64,000 nucleotides of DNA from an uncultured bacterium (GTDB lineage Bacteria; Acidobacteriota; Aminicenantia; Aminicenantales; CALLJL01). The translations under genes and the position numbers were made by a program. The stretch's first letter is position 1, and every line of letters starts with the position of its first letter. This document shows, in pieces, positions 18,214 through 27,867 of the stretch. Below the pieces are notes generated by a model. It ran no database searches and was not told the DNA's origin. It saw nothing but the letters and a program-made list of their open reading frames with translations. Location: positions 64,019-128,018 of the forward strand of contig CALLJL010000008.1 in assembly GCA_938092135.1 (NCBI GenBank), written 5' to 3'.

Positions 18214-20033
18214 AATTCCGCCTCCCCTTCTTCTGGAAATTGAAGATCATATAATTTGCGGTAAATTCCATTGAGGGTATAAAGTTCTTCGTGGGTTCCC
18301 ATTTCCACAATCCTACCCCTATCAACCACCAAAATTCTATCGGCATGGCGAACCGTCCAGATTCGATGGGCAATAATAATTGTCGTTCTTTCTTTAACTA
18401 TATTGCTCAAAGCAAGTTGAATAAGCCTTTCTGATTCTGAATCCAGAGCAGAAGTGGCTTCGTCTAGGATGAGGACAGCAGGATTTCTGACAATTGCCCG
18501 GGCCAGGGCAATTCTTTGCCTTTGTCCGCTTGAAAGCAGCCCCCCTTTCTCACCAATTAAAGTATCATATCCCTGAGGTAGGGCCATAATGAAATCATGA
18601 GCCATAGCCAATTGGGCAGCGGCGATAATCCTCTCGAGGGGAATATCATTCTGGCCATAGGCAATATTATTCCTCACTGTATCATTAAAAAGAATAATGT
18701 CTTGAGTAACCAGACCAATTTGACGTCGCAGGCAAGATAGCTTAATTTTCTTGATATCCAGACCATCAATGAGGATGCGACCGGAAGTGGGTTCATAAAA
18801 ACGAGTCAATAAATTGATGATGGTCGTTTTGCCAGCACCGCTTAAACCAACAATCGCTACCGTCTCCTTAGGCTTAACATCAAAGCTCACATTCACCAGG
18901 GCTGGCCTATCTTGATTATAGGCAAAACTAACATTTTCGAAGGTGATCCTTCCCTCAACCTTATCCAGCCCTACAGCTTCGGGATGATCCTGTATCTGGG
19001 GTGTCATTTCGAAAATTTCTTTGACCCTCTGATAACAGGCTACAGCCTGTTGGAGGACATTGTTCGCTCGATTAAGTCGATTGATGGGCGTGTACATCAT
19101 GAAGATGGCCAGAACGAAGGCACCAAAATCGCCAGCGGAAATAAAGCCTTCAGCAATTCGTCGGGTGCCAACAAAGAGGATAAAAGCCCCTACAGCTCCT
19201 CCAATGAATTCCATGAAAGGGGAGGAAAGGCTGCCAATCCAAGCTAATTTAAGCATGGTTTTAAAATAATCACGGGTGGCGGCAAAAAAGCGCTTAAGCT
19301 CAAATTCTTCCGCGGTGAAAGCTTTAACAATTTTGTTTCCAGTAATTGTCTCATGGATAAGATTATAAATCTGGCTCATTTTTTTCTGACCGGCCAGACT
19401 TTTCTTTTTGAGCTGATGACTAAAAATGGCCAGAGGAATGATGGCTAAAGGAGTTATCACCACCGAAGCCATAGCTAGACGAAAATCAATGATAAAAACG
19501 CCTATGAGCAAAGCCAGAAGAACAAAAATTTCTTCAATAAAATCAGCCAGACTGCCAGAGATCGCTTGATGAATTTTATCAATATCATTGGTCAGTCTGG
19601 TCATTAAATCGCCCGTTGGAATTCGATCAAAAAATCCAGCTGATTGACGCATCATATGATTAAATAGATCATCCCGCAATCTCTTGATTACTCGATGGCC
19701 GGCCGCCTTCATTAAATAGGAAGAAAGAAAAGTAAATAAGCCCTTTCCAAAAACGACAACTAAAACCAAAACAGGTAAAAACCAGATGAGCTCCTCTTTC
19801 GACAGCTGGAAACGCTGGAGAATAAAATTCATTAGCCTGAACTTCCCTCCTGAAGTTTCAGGAACGAGGGAAGAATTCTGCCCTGATGAAATAATGAGCT
19901 CATCAACAATTGGCTGAACCAGGTTAACGAAAAGATAAGTAAAAGCGGCGACAAAAAGAGAGCAGATAAAAGCAAAAAGAAGATACTTTTTTTCCTGCCA
20001 GACTAATTTAATTAAATTGAAAACATCTTTCAT
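18210..20033 (-). CDS. msbA: MsbA-like ABC exporter (TMD plus NBD)
   Basis: 6-TM domain, GLSGAGKT, LSSGQRQR, ILDEATSALD, IAHR. Confidence 0.8.
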   Translation of the reverse strand: MKDVFNLIKLVWQEKKYLLFAFICSLFVAAFTYLFVNLVQPIVDELIISSGQNSSLVPETSGGKFRLMNFILQRFQLSKEELIWFLPVLVLVVVFGKGLFTFLSSYLMKAAGHRVIKRLRDDLFNHMMRQSAGFFDRIPTGDLMTRLTNDIDKIHQAISGSLADFIEEIFVLLALLIGVFIIDFRLAMASVVITPLAIIPLAIFSHQLKKKSLAGQKKMSQIYNLIHETITGNKIVKAFTAEEFELKRFFAATRDYFKTMLKLAWIGSLSSPFMEFIGGAVGAFILFVGTRRIAEGFISAGDFGAFVLAIFMMYTPINRLNRANNVLQQAVACYQRVKEIFEMTPQIQDHPEAVGLDKVEGRITFENVSFAYNQDRPALVNVSFDVKPKETVAIVGLSGAGKTTIINLLTRFYEPTSGRILIDGLDIKKIKLSCLRRQIGLVTQDIILFNDTVRNNIAYGQNDIPLERIIAAAQLAMAHDFIMALPQGYDTLIGEKGGLLSSGQRQRIALARAIVRNPAVLILDEATSALDSESERLIQLALSNIVKERTTIIIAHRIWTVRHADRILVVDRGRIVEMGTHEELYTLNGIYRKLYDLQFPEEGEAEF

Positions 20034-21073
20034 GATACCGGGGAAACCTCATCCCGGCGATTGAATAAAAAGCGAGCAATTTCTAGGGCATTGAGGGCTG
20101 AGCCACAGATTAAATTATCAGCAATAGCCCAGATCCAAAGGCCCTGAGGAAAAGTCTCTTCCTGTTTGAGCTGACCAATAAATATTTCTTCTTTACCAGC
20201 AACTGAAACGGAATTGACGGTTAGTCGTTTTCGGGCATCGGCCAGTTTGAAAAGGGGATTGGTCTGAAAAAGGGCTTCTATTTCTTTAATGCTCACCGTC
20301 TTTTCAAATTCAAGATAAGTCATAATGCCATAGGTATGAAAAACGGGCACTTGAACTAAAGAAAGAGAGATGGGAAGCTTGGGATCGCGCAGAACTCGCC
20401 TCACTTCAGCCATAATCATCTTTTCATTGGCCGTGAAGCCGTCAGGACCGGCTTTTTCAATGGGCGCGAGTAAATTAAAGGCTACTTGCTCCCGAAAGAC
20501 TTTCTTTTTTAAAGAAGCTGCGCTGAGAAGAGAAACGCTCTGATTCGCTAACTCCTCAATGCCCGGCTCACCAAAGGCGGAAGCAGGTTGCATCACAAAG
20601 GCGAGGACTTTAGCCAGCCCAAATTTGGGCTTGAGGAGATGGAGAAGATGGGACAGGATAATTGTGGCCGGATGGGGATTACTGATTAGAAAGGCATCCT
20701 GTTCAATGATAACTTCTTCATTGATTCCGGCCACGACGACAGGAATTTTCTCATCCATGGAGAAGGTTTGATGAAGATCAATGGCCCGGAACTTTTTCTC
20801 AAGAGCCAATTCTCCGCACCGGCGATTAGTAGCCTCATCAGCGGCTAAAAAGACAAGATCGAGACCTTCGAGCAAAGAAAAATCAAGGTGATGAATCACC
20901 CTGGGCTCAGCCGCAAATTCCGTGAGCTTACTATATTCTTCTTCGACCTCAGGATCATAAAATTCGATGGTCGTCAGAGGAAAACGCTTTTCAGCCAAAA
21001 CATTCTTTATTTCCTGGGCTCGCAAGGAATCTGTGCCCACCAAAGCTACGCGAAAGGGCTTCCTTTCAACCAT
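20030..21073 (-). CDS. Aspartate-semialdehyde dehydrogenase-like (Usg-type) protein lacking catalytic residues
   Basis: Asd fold signatures (PVVVAGIN, Q.AS..G..G..EL..Q, QVAFNL, NE.....E...L, VPVF, W..ADN...G.A.NA..IA), but NPHP in place of NPNC. Confidence 0.8.
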   Translation of the reverse strand: MVERKPFRVALVGTDSLRAQEIKNVLAEKRFPLTTIEFYDPEVEEEYSKLTEFAAEPRVIHHLDFSLLEGLDLVFLAADEATNRRCGELALEKKFRAIDLHQTFSMDEKIPVVVAGINEEVIIEQDAFLISNPHPATIILSHLLHLLKPKFGLAKVLAFVMQPASAFGEPGIEELANQSVSLLSAASLKKKVFREQVAFNLLAPIEKAGPDGFTANEKMIMAEVRRVLRDPKLPISLSLVQVPVFHTYGIMTYLEFEKTVSIKEIEALFQTNPLFKLADARKRLTVNSVSVAGKEEIFIGQLKQEETFPQGLWIWAIADNLICGSALNALEIARFLFNRRDEVSPVS

Positions 21074-21083
21074 GGCTGTGAAA

Positions 21084-21305
21084 TTAAAACGATTTCTGTC
21101 TTTCCTGCATCATAAAATACATTTTATCTTTTAGAGCTAACTTTTTCTTCTTGAGCATCCTTTCTTCCACCGCCTCCTCTTCGGTCAAAGCGCCTTTGTG
21201 ACGGAGAAATTCAAGCCTCTCTTCGCACAGGCGATGTTCTTCCACAAGCCTCCTAAATTCTTCGCTTTCCTGAAGGAGACGCTCTCTCAGCCTCTTTTCA
21301 TCCAT
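21084..21305 (-). CDS. YdcH/DUF465 family small coiled-coil protein
   Basis: F..L..EH....E, LKKKKL.LKD.M; strong GGAGGTGA RBS. Confidence 0.85.
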   Translation of the reverse strand: MDEKRLRERLLQESEEFRRLVEEHRLCEERLEFLRHKGALTEEEAVEERMLKKKKLALKDKMYFMMQERQKSF

Positions 21306-21326
21306 CAGAGCCTCACCTCCATCGAA

Positions 21327-21355
21327 AGAATATCATAAGGCCTGGAATAATTCAA
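21327..21355 (-). promoter_or_regulatory. sigma70 promoter heading the ydcH...priA operon
   Basis: TTGAAT-17 bp-TATTCT with TG extension. Confidence 0.65.
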
Positions 21356-22332
21356 ACCAGCGAAACCTCGAAAATTTTCTCCAATCGCTTGGCCAAAGCT
21401 TCCCAGGTAAATTCCAGGATTTTCTGGCGGCCGGCTTCGGCTAATCGGCATCGAAGGTTTTCATCGCGGATAAGCTTTTCTATATTCTTGGCCAAAAGAA
21501 TGGGAATTGGCCAGCGGACAACTAAGGCAGTCTTCCCAGGAAGGGCAAAATCTTCGGTTCCGCTAGCTGTACAGACGACAGGCACCCGGCAGGCCATAGC
21601 TTCAGCAGCGGGATTAGACCAGCCAGCCCGCCATTCAGCACTGACGAAGAGATCGGCCTGGGAATAAAGCCAGGCCATAGAGCTTTGCGGCAGATTCCAG
21701 AAAAAATCATGGGGAACTGAAGTCCTGATAAGCTGACGGGGGTCCCGGGTTTCACCCTGAACCGGCGAATCAAAAAGGAGAAGCTTTATCTGGGGGTATC
21801 TTCTCCACAGCTTTTCCACGGCCCTAATAACAAGATGAATCCCCTTTCTCCGGCGATAGATCCGGCCATAGCAGAGAATACGAAATTCCTTTTTCGAACC
21901 TTCCCTTTCGACGGGATAAAAAATCTCAGGATTTATTCCCCCAGGCGCGAGCTCACAATGAAGGCCGTATCGCTTCTTAAGGCGGCGGTAAAGACCGGTG
22001 GAATTAACTAAAAACCGAAAAGGAAGTCGGGCAACATGCTTTTCCAGACGATGACCCGCGAGAACAAAGTAGAAAAATTTTCTCCTGGCTCGAATCCCCT
22101 GAAATTCTCTCAGAAGGGAGTATTCAGAGCAAAGGGCAATATCATGATCGTCCTGGTTTAAAGCCGAAAAAGGCCTTATTTCTCCATTAAATGCGAGCCA
22201 AGAAGGGGGCCGGCCTTCGGGAGTGTAAAGGACAAATTCGTGACCAAGACGGACAAATTCATTCCCCAGTTCAAGGTAGCGCCGCACTCCTCCATAGATT
22301 TCCATATGAGGAAGCAGAGCAGCTATTCTCAT
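21352..22332 (-). CDS. Glycosyltransferase family 4 (GT-B)
   Basis: YGGVR, RKG..L, YSQADLFV, EAMAC.VPVV, FTWE. Confidence 0.9.
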   Translation of the reverse strand: MRIAALLPHMEIYGGVRRYLELGNEFVRLGHEFVLYTPEGRPPSWLAFNGEIRPFSALNQDDHDIALCSEYSLLREFQGIRARRKFFYFVLAGHRLEKHVARLPFRFLVNSTGLYRRLKKRYGLHCELAPGGINPEIFYPVEREGSKKEFRILCYGRIYRRRKGIHLVIRAVEKLWRRYPQIKLLLFDSPVQGETRDPRQLIRTSVPHDFFWNLPQSSMAWLYSQADLFVSAEWRAGWSNPAAEAMACRVPVVCTASGTEDFALPGKTALVVRWPIPILLAKNIEKLIRDENLRCRLAEAGRQKILEFTWEALAKRLEKIFEVSLV

Positions 22333-22745
22333 TTTGGAATCAAAAATCTATTTTTCTAATAGCAAAAGCATAAAAGAGAGGCAACCTTATTTTTTCTTTT
22401 TATTTCATCAATAATGTTTTGCCGTCGATTCTATAAAAAAGTCGTTTTATTTTAAAATTATAAAAAAATATTATCGCTCTTCTTTCCTTTACGAGAAAAA
22501 TTGAACAAAATCCTAATTAATTGCCTCAGGCAAAAACAAACGATAATTTGGATATTTCTTGGCGGCGTTATTTTTAGCCATAAGAAGATAATATTTTCTT
22601 AATAGCAGTTAAGTTGCTTTTATTTTCTTAGCTCCTCTTTTGATTAATATAGGAAATAGTTTAACAAGATATTTTACCAAGCTTCAGGCCGCCAAGCTAA
22701 AAGGTCAAAGCCCGAGCCCAGTTGCGCCTCTTAATCTCTATTCAG

Positions 22746-24211
22746 ATGAAATTCCTATTTATGGCGTTCTGGTTATTTTGGTTGCTTAATTCTCACCTCT
22801 AATCCGATAGTTTGCCTCTTGGCTATCTTCATCCAAAAATTTATCCACCTCCAGCCAGAAAACAACTCAATTTCGCATCGATTTTCAGGGAGGAGCCGAA
22901 TCGGTTTTTAAGTAGATTTTGATTTGGGAAACATCATAATTATTCCGCTTTAGGCGATGTCTCTATAATCTTGACAAGCTCTTTTTTTGTTAGCCTTTTT
23001 ATGGGAAATTCCCAAGAATTGGGGTAATTATTTTATTGTTTTCTTTTATGACCATCATCATAGCTCAAGGAAAAAATGCTCGATCTATTCCCTCTTTGTT
23101 TAAGCACCTGGACCCCTATTTGAGGCAGGATGAACCGGCAATTTTTATGATATATTAAGTAGATACTTTCTTTTGTCCGATTATTCATCTTGATGAGATT
23201 CTAGCCAAAAAAAAGTTAATCCTTTTGATATTTCATCCCGGTTTCAGCGAGGAAGATATAGAGAATTTTAAATATGCCTTCAAAATCCCATCTGAAGCCC
23301 GCTTCCTTAGAATGAATGAGAGGTGGCTGAAACTTTTTTGAAGTTGCAGGAGAATAATAAAGATAAAAACAAGGGATTCTTCAACTATCACCTTGATATA
23401 TCCAGAGGAAAAATCAAGGCTATCGAGGCTTTCTAATGAATATTCGTTCTGTTATCGTCTTTATCCTATTTTTTGTGTTCGAATCTATCTTTTATTATGA
23501 CAAGACCAATCTTCAATGCGTTGATGTTTATTTTCTGAGCTTTATCAATACAACCGTCGAGGAATTTTGGTCAGAAAAATGACAATTGAAGAAGATGACC
23601 ATATAGTAAAAGAAAGTAAAAAATATTATCTCAGCCAGGGTCAAAAAAGGACACCTGACAAAGGAGGATTCCATTTCTATAAAAATTGATTTTTGATCTT
23701 GGGTGCATGCTCCTTTGAGGATAGTTTATTTTTCTTGCAAGAAGAAGGAACTGACGTAAAGGCCAAGAAAATGAGAATATTGGAATTCCACGAAAAAGAC
23801 ATTGGTCAATTGAGAAGGTACTTATTTGAGATTGGAACTGGAGATGCGCTTGAAGATTTTGGCGTATGGGAGTCGACCAAATTTTCATTAAATTTTTATT
23901 TTTTTATCTACGACGATAAACAACAAGAATTTTTAAATAAAAAAATTTAAGGAGGTTGGAGAATGAATCGGATTTGGCCAAAAAATCTGTTATTGTCCAT
24001 TATAATTGCGGCTTGATTCACAATGTTTTCTATTTATTTTGTTGGGATAATAAGCGCTGATGAGCCCGTTCCCGTAAAATGCAAGGAATATTTTTCACGC
24101 TAGACTGACGGTGGAGGCCATGCTCAAAGAGGCTTGACAGCCCAGAATTGCCAAATCAGATAAGGTCCTCCTGGATCTGAGGTAACTGTGTGCACAGTTC
24201 CCCAGTATTAA
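22746..24211 (+). pseudogene. Decayed cluster of 3-4 small exported-protein genes
   Basis: Signal-peptide-like starts at 22746, ~23000, 23436 (TAATG coupling) and 23963 (GGAGG RBS), each broken by in-frame stops or frameshifts. The ORF-track 23693..23950 ORF is one fragment. Confidence 0.55.
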
Positions 24212-24855
24212 CAATATCTTTCACTAATTCTATGACAATAAGAATTTTTTAACGCAGAAGGACAAGACTAAGAGGGATTTTATTCAATTGTTTCCCCTTT
24301 TTCCTAAAGTTATCAATACTTATTGTCGTAATAGGCTTTGGAGCCTAGGCCGTCGACTCTTTAGCCAGACAAAGAGGCTAACTTCGAAAAAATGGTGGCT
24401 TTTTTGCTTAACCCTAAGCGACTAACACTTCATCAACCAATTACCAATCACTTAAATTTGACCTTTGTTGCCCTGGGGCCTTTGTTGCCCCACTTGATCT
24501 CTCAGCAGCTCTCGATGGCCACTTAGGCAATTTTAATTTTTTTACAATTTCCTCTCTGACCTAAAAGCAAAGCCAATCGTTCTTCCGTTTTTTTAGCTTG
24601 TCTGCGATGTTTTGGCTACTCTAAGCTCCTTGCACTTAAATATTGTTGCCTCTCTAGAAAATCTATTTGAAAACCAATTATTGCCTAAAGTAACAAGAAT
24701 CTATAAGAAAATTTAGGCTTTTTTTCATGTTTTTTTGAAGCGCCAGACTTATCCCTGGGCGGGTCGATTTCTGCCATTTAGCTTCACTAAATACAGCTCC
24801 TGATAGGTTAACCGGAGTCGGTTCTTATAGATTTTAAGGGAGGCAATTCTCCATA

Positions 24856-24884
24856 TTGACAAGAAAGGAAAAGAAAAATATACT
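24856..24884 (+). promoter_or_regulatory. sigma70 promoter of tRNA-Phe
   Basis: TTGACA-17 bp-TATACT, 23 bp before the tRNA. Confidence 0.85.
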
Positions 24885-24907
24885 TTTTAAAGAAAGTAAG
24901 TTATAGT

Positions 24908-24980
24908 GGCCAGGTAGCTCAGTCGGTAGAGCGAGGGACTGAAAATCCCTGCGTCGGCGGTTCGATTCCGTCCCTGGCCA
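24908..24980 (+). tRNA. tRNA-Phe(GAA), CCA not encoded
   Basis: Acceptor GGCCAGG/CCTGGCC, D arm GCTC/GAGC, anticodon arm AGGGA-CTGAAAA-TCCCT, T arm GGCGG-TTCGATT-CCGTC. Discriminator A followed by CAT. Confidence 0.97.
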
Positions 24981-25216
24981 CATTTTTTATTTAAGAAATT
25001 TTAAAACTTCCTCAGGAATCAAAGTTTAAGAAAAAATATTAATTTTCTTAAGTCCTGAAAATTAAATTCTTTTTCGTTGTCTGTTTAGGTTCGAAAAAAC
25101 AAATTTAGATATGCCTTTCTCTCGCCTCTTGAAACCGACAAAAAAGGAAAACTTAGGATTATAAAGATTAAAAGCTTAGGCTTTAGAGTTAAAAGCTTAT
25201 ATCTTGATCAAATTAT

Positions 25217-26068
25217 TTATAGCACCGACATTTTCTTTCTAATTAAAATTAAATTGGCCTGAAAAAAGCCAAGCCAATCGCCGGCATCAAGACGCCTGTA
25301 AGGGCAGAGAAGCCCATAAAGAATTCTTTCCCTCGTCCATTGCCTTAAAGCATCTGTAAGTTGAATCTCTTGATTTCTATCAGGACGAGTCCTTTCAAGG
25401 TAGGCCATTATCTCTGGCTCAAGAACTGCTCTTCCCCAGACACCAAAGCGAGATTTGGCTTTCTGAGGGCCAGGTTTTTCCTCAACATCTTTGATTAAAT
25501 AAAGACCTTCCTGCTCCTTTGGCTTAACCTCGGCAACAGCCACTTTCTCTGTCTCCTCTTTTTTTATTTTTCCCAGAAGAATAACTGAGGCCTTCAGCTC
25601 GGCCCAGGCTTCAAGGAGAAGGCTTAAACAGGGTTTCCGGCCAAGATAGATATTATCAGGGTTAAGGAGGGCAAAGGGTTCATCAGCAATAAAATCACGG
25701 GCGCTCAGGAGGGCGTGGCCTAAACCACGCCTTTCCGATTGATAAATAAAGGTTATTTTAGCCCGGCGGGGCATGGACAAAATTTCCCTATATATTTCCT
25801 CCTGTCCCTTCTTTTTCACAAGCCTCTCGAGTCGTTCATCGGGAAGGAAAAATTTTTTTATGGCTTCCTTTTCGGGATGAATGATAATCCCAATTTCCTT
25901 GAGACCACAGGCCAGGGCCTCCTCCCAGGCATATTGAATCATAGGCTTTCCAGCTACGGGCAATAATTCCTTGGGTACTGCCTTGGTCACCGGAAAAAGC
26001 CTTAGGCCATAACCGGCAGCAGGGATAATTGCTTTCCGAATTATTCTTTTTCCCATCCTTAAAGACAA
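25217..26068 (-). CDS. galU: UTP--glucose-1-phosphate uridylyltransferase
   Basis: KAIIPAAG.G.R..P.TKA.PKE.LP, Q....GLGHA, EKP, EIQLTDAL. True start may be ATG 26056. Confidence 0.9.
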   Translation of the reverse strand: MSLRMGKRIIRKAIIPAAGYGLRLFPVTKAVPKELLPVAGKPMIQYAWEEALACGLKEIGIIIHPEKEAIKKFFLPDERLERLVKKKGQEEIYREILSMPRRAKITFIYQSERRGLGHALLSARDFIADEPFALLNPDNIYLGRKPCLSLLLEAWAELKASVILLGKIKKEETEKVAVAEVKPKEQEGLYLIKDVEEKPGPQKAKSRFGVWGRAVLEPEIMAYLERTRPDRNQEIQLTDALRQWTRERILYGLLCPYRRLDAGDWLGFFQANLILIRKKMSVL

Positions 26069-26321
26069 AAGTTTTATTTAAAATTAAAGTTTCAGTCTCT
26101 TTTACTTATTCAAAATTTCCATCATTTTTGAAGCGGCTCGCCTAAAGTATTTTTTAAATTGAATTAATTTTTCTTGCTTATTTTCTTCTTAGAAATTATT
26201 TTCTTCCCTTTAATTTTAATTAATAATGGAATTTTAAAATTTCCAAATTTATTTAAAGGATTCAGCCGGATTTTCGGCCAACAAATCGGCTAATTTAGTA
26301 ATCAACCTGGCTAGGGAATGA

Positions 26322-27632
26322 TCAGAAACGGTAGCTTATGGAAAGATTGGGAACGATGAGGGTCATATTGTAAATTCCGGGCATAGCTGAATGATACTCT
26401 GGCTTCGTCAAGACATCAACATAGCTTATCTTTCTTTCCTGCCCCTGAAGATATTCAAATCCAAAATCAAGCTTTAAATCACCAAGAGCATAGCCGACAC
26501 CAAAGGTAAGGACATTGAAATTGTAGCTCGGCAGAAGGACATTCATTGTCGTATCAGGCGCGGGGGAAGGATCCCAGTAATAACCGGCTCTAATAGCCCA
26601 GTTATTGGGCAAAACATATTCAGCTCCGACTCTCATCTGCATCACACTTTTCCAGTGCATTTCTCTCACGTCATCGCCGCTTAAAGCCATAAGCAGTTTC
26701 CAGCCGGGATCAAGAAAATCGGTCTTCATAACATCGATGGTTTTCCATTCTGACCACTGAAGATCAGCCGTCAGCGTGAGGCGGTCCACCGGTTTAAAGG
26801 CTAAACCGAAGGCTAACCAGGTGGGCCAGGTGACATTCCTCTCAAGATCTGATTCCTTGCTCAGCCCAAGAAGATAGATGTTGGAGATGGAAGCACTTCC
26901 TTTAAATTTCACTGTGCTTCTCGTGCGATAGGTAGCTCCGAAGCTCACCTTTTCGGTCGGCCTCACCAGAATACCCAGGGTTGCTCCAATCCCCCAGCCA
27001 CTCATGCTTTCCTCATATTGCCCGAGATCAACTTTATAAGGCGGAACTGGAATAGCAGCTGAACCAGCATGGGTTGCAATGTCGAAGGAACCATAATTAA
27101 AATTCAGGGTTGCTCCAACGTAAATTTGATCGCTAATCTTATAAGCAATGGCCGGGGCGATACTAACGACACCGATGCGACTTCTCCAGTCATAAGTCTT
27201 GTTTTCAGCAATGGCTGCAAAATCAGAGCCATCCCAGCTGGCTCCAAGCCCGGAAGGAACATAAACTCCGAATCCGGCCACAAGGTTATCAGTTAAGGGC
27301 TGATAAAAGGCGGCCAAGCCGGCTAAATAATGTTTGGACTCGGTTTTGGCATTGACTATGGTCAATGTGCCCACCCCAGCCACAGGCACCTCAAGTTTAT
27401 ATTTTCCTGAAGGAATAAGATCGACGCCATAAAAACCGAAATAGCGAGTCTTAAAAAGAGCAATGCCAGCAGGATTCCAGTAAATGGCGCTATAGTCATC
27501 AGCCAGACCAACAAAGGCACCACCCATTGCTAAAGCCCTAGAACCTAAACTATTCAGATTAAGACCATTGGCTAAAAGAGAAAGGGGCAGGAACAGGAAG
27601 AGGACGATGTAATAAAGCTTAAATTTTCTCAT
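26322..27632 (-). CDS. fadL: FadL/OmpP1/TodX family outer-membrane transporter
   Basis: Signal peptide, LAMGGAF...ADD.SAIYWNPAG, C-terminal YRF; GGAGGA RBS before ATG 27632. Confidence 0.88.
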   Translation of the reverse strand: MRKFKLYYIVLFLFLPLSLLANGLNLNSLGSRALAMGGAFVGLADDYSAIYWNPAGIALFKTRYFGFYGVDLIPSGKYKLEVPVAGVGTLTIVNAKTESKHYLAGLAAFYQPLTDNLVAGFGVYVPSGLGASWDGSDFAAIAENKTYDWRSRIGVVSIAPAIAYKISDQIYVGATLNFNYGSFDIATHAGSAAIPVPPYKVDLGQYEESMSGWGIGATLGILVRPTEKVSFGATYRTRSTVKFKGSASISNIYLLGLSKESDLERNVTWPTWLAFGLAFKPVDRLTLTADLQWSEWKTIDVMKTDFLDPGWKLLMALSGDDVREMHWKSVMQMRVGAEYVLPNNWAIRAGYYWDPSPAPDTTMNVLLPSYNFNVLTFGVGYALGDLKLDFGFEYLQGQERKISYVDVLTKPEYHSAMPGIYNMTLIVPNLSISYRF

Positions 27633-27867
27633 GGCTATCCTCCTTTCTTCAATTTTTTTTGCTTTTATCATATTAATCAACATATATCAAGACGAAATTT
27701 AAAGATGGCGATTATAAGAGCAAAGCATTGGCCAACTTGCTTATTGTTTAAATTTTCATGAAAGAAATTATTAATTAAGTAAAAAAGAATAATAAAAATT
27801 TTGTTTGCCTAAAATTATCAAATGAGCAGAAAAAAGATAAAGGAGGTAAAAATCAAAACTTTTTCCA

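Noticed and set aside
22746..24211. Stop-codon reassignment or selenocysteine explaining the interrupted ORFs
   Set aside because: TAA, TAG and TGA all occur internally along with frameshifts, and all three terminate normal genes elsewhere in the window; decay is simpler.
24462..24490. 12-bp direct repeat CCTTTGTTGCCC x2
   Set aside because: Only two copies 5 bp apart; looks like a local duplication, not an array or target-site duplication.
22333..25216. Integrative element or prophage at tRNA-Phe
   Set aside because: No integrase, no duplicated tRNA 3' end seen, and the degraded DNA lies 5' of the tRNA.
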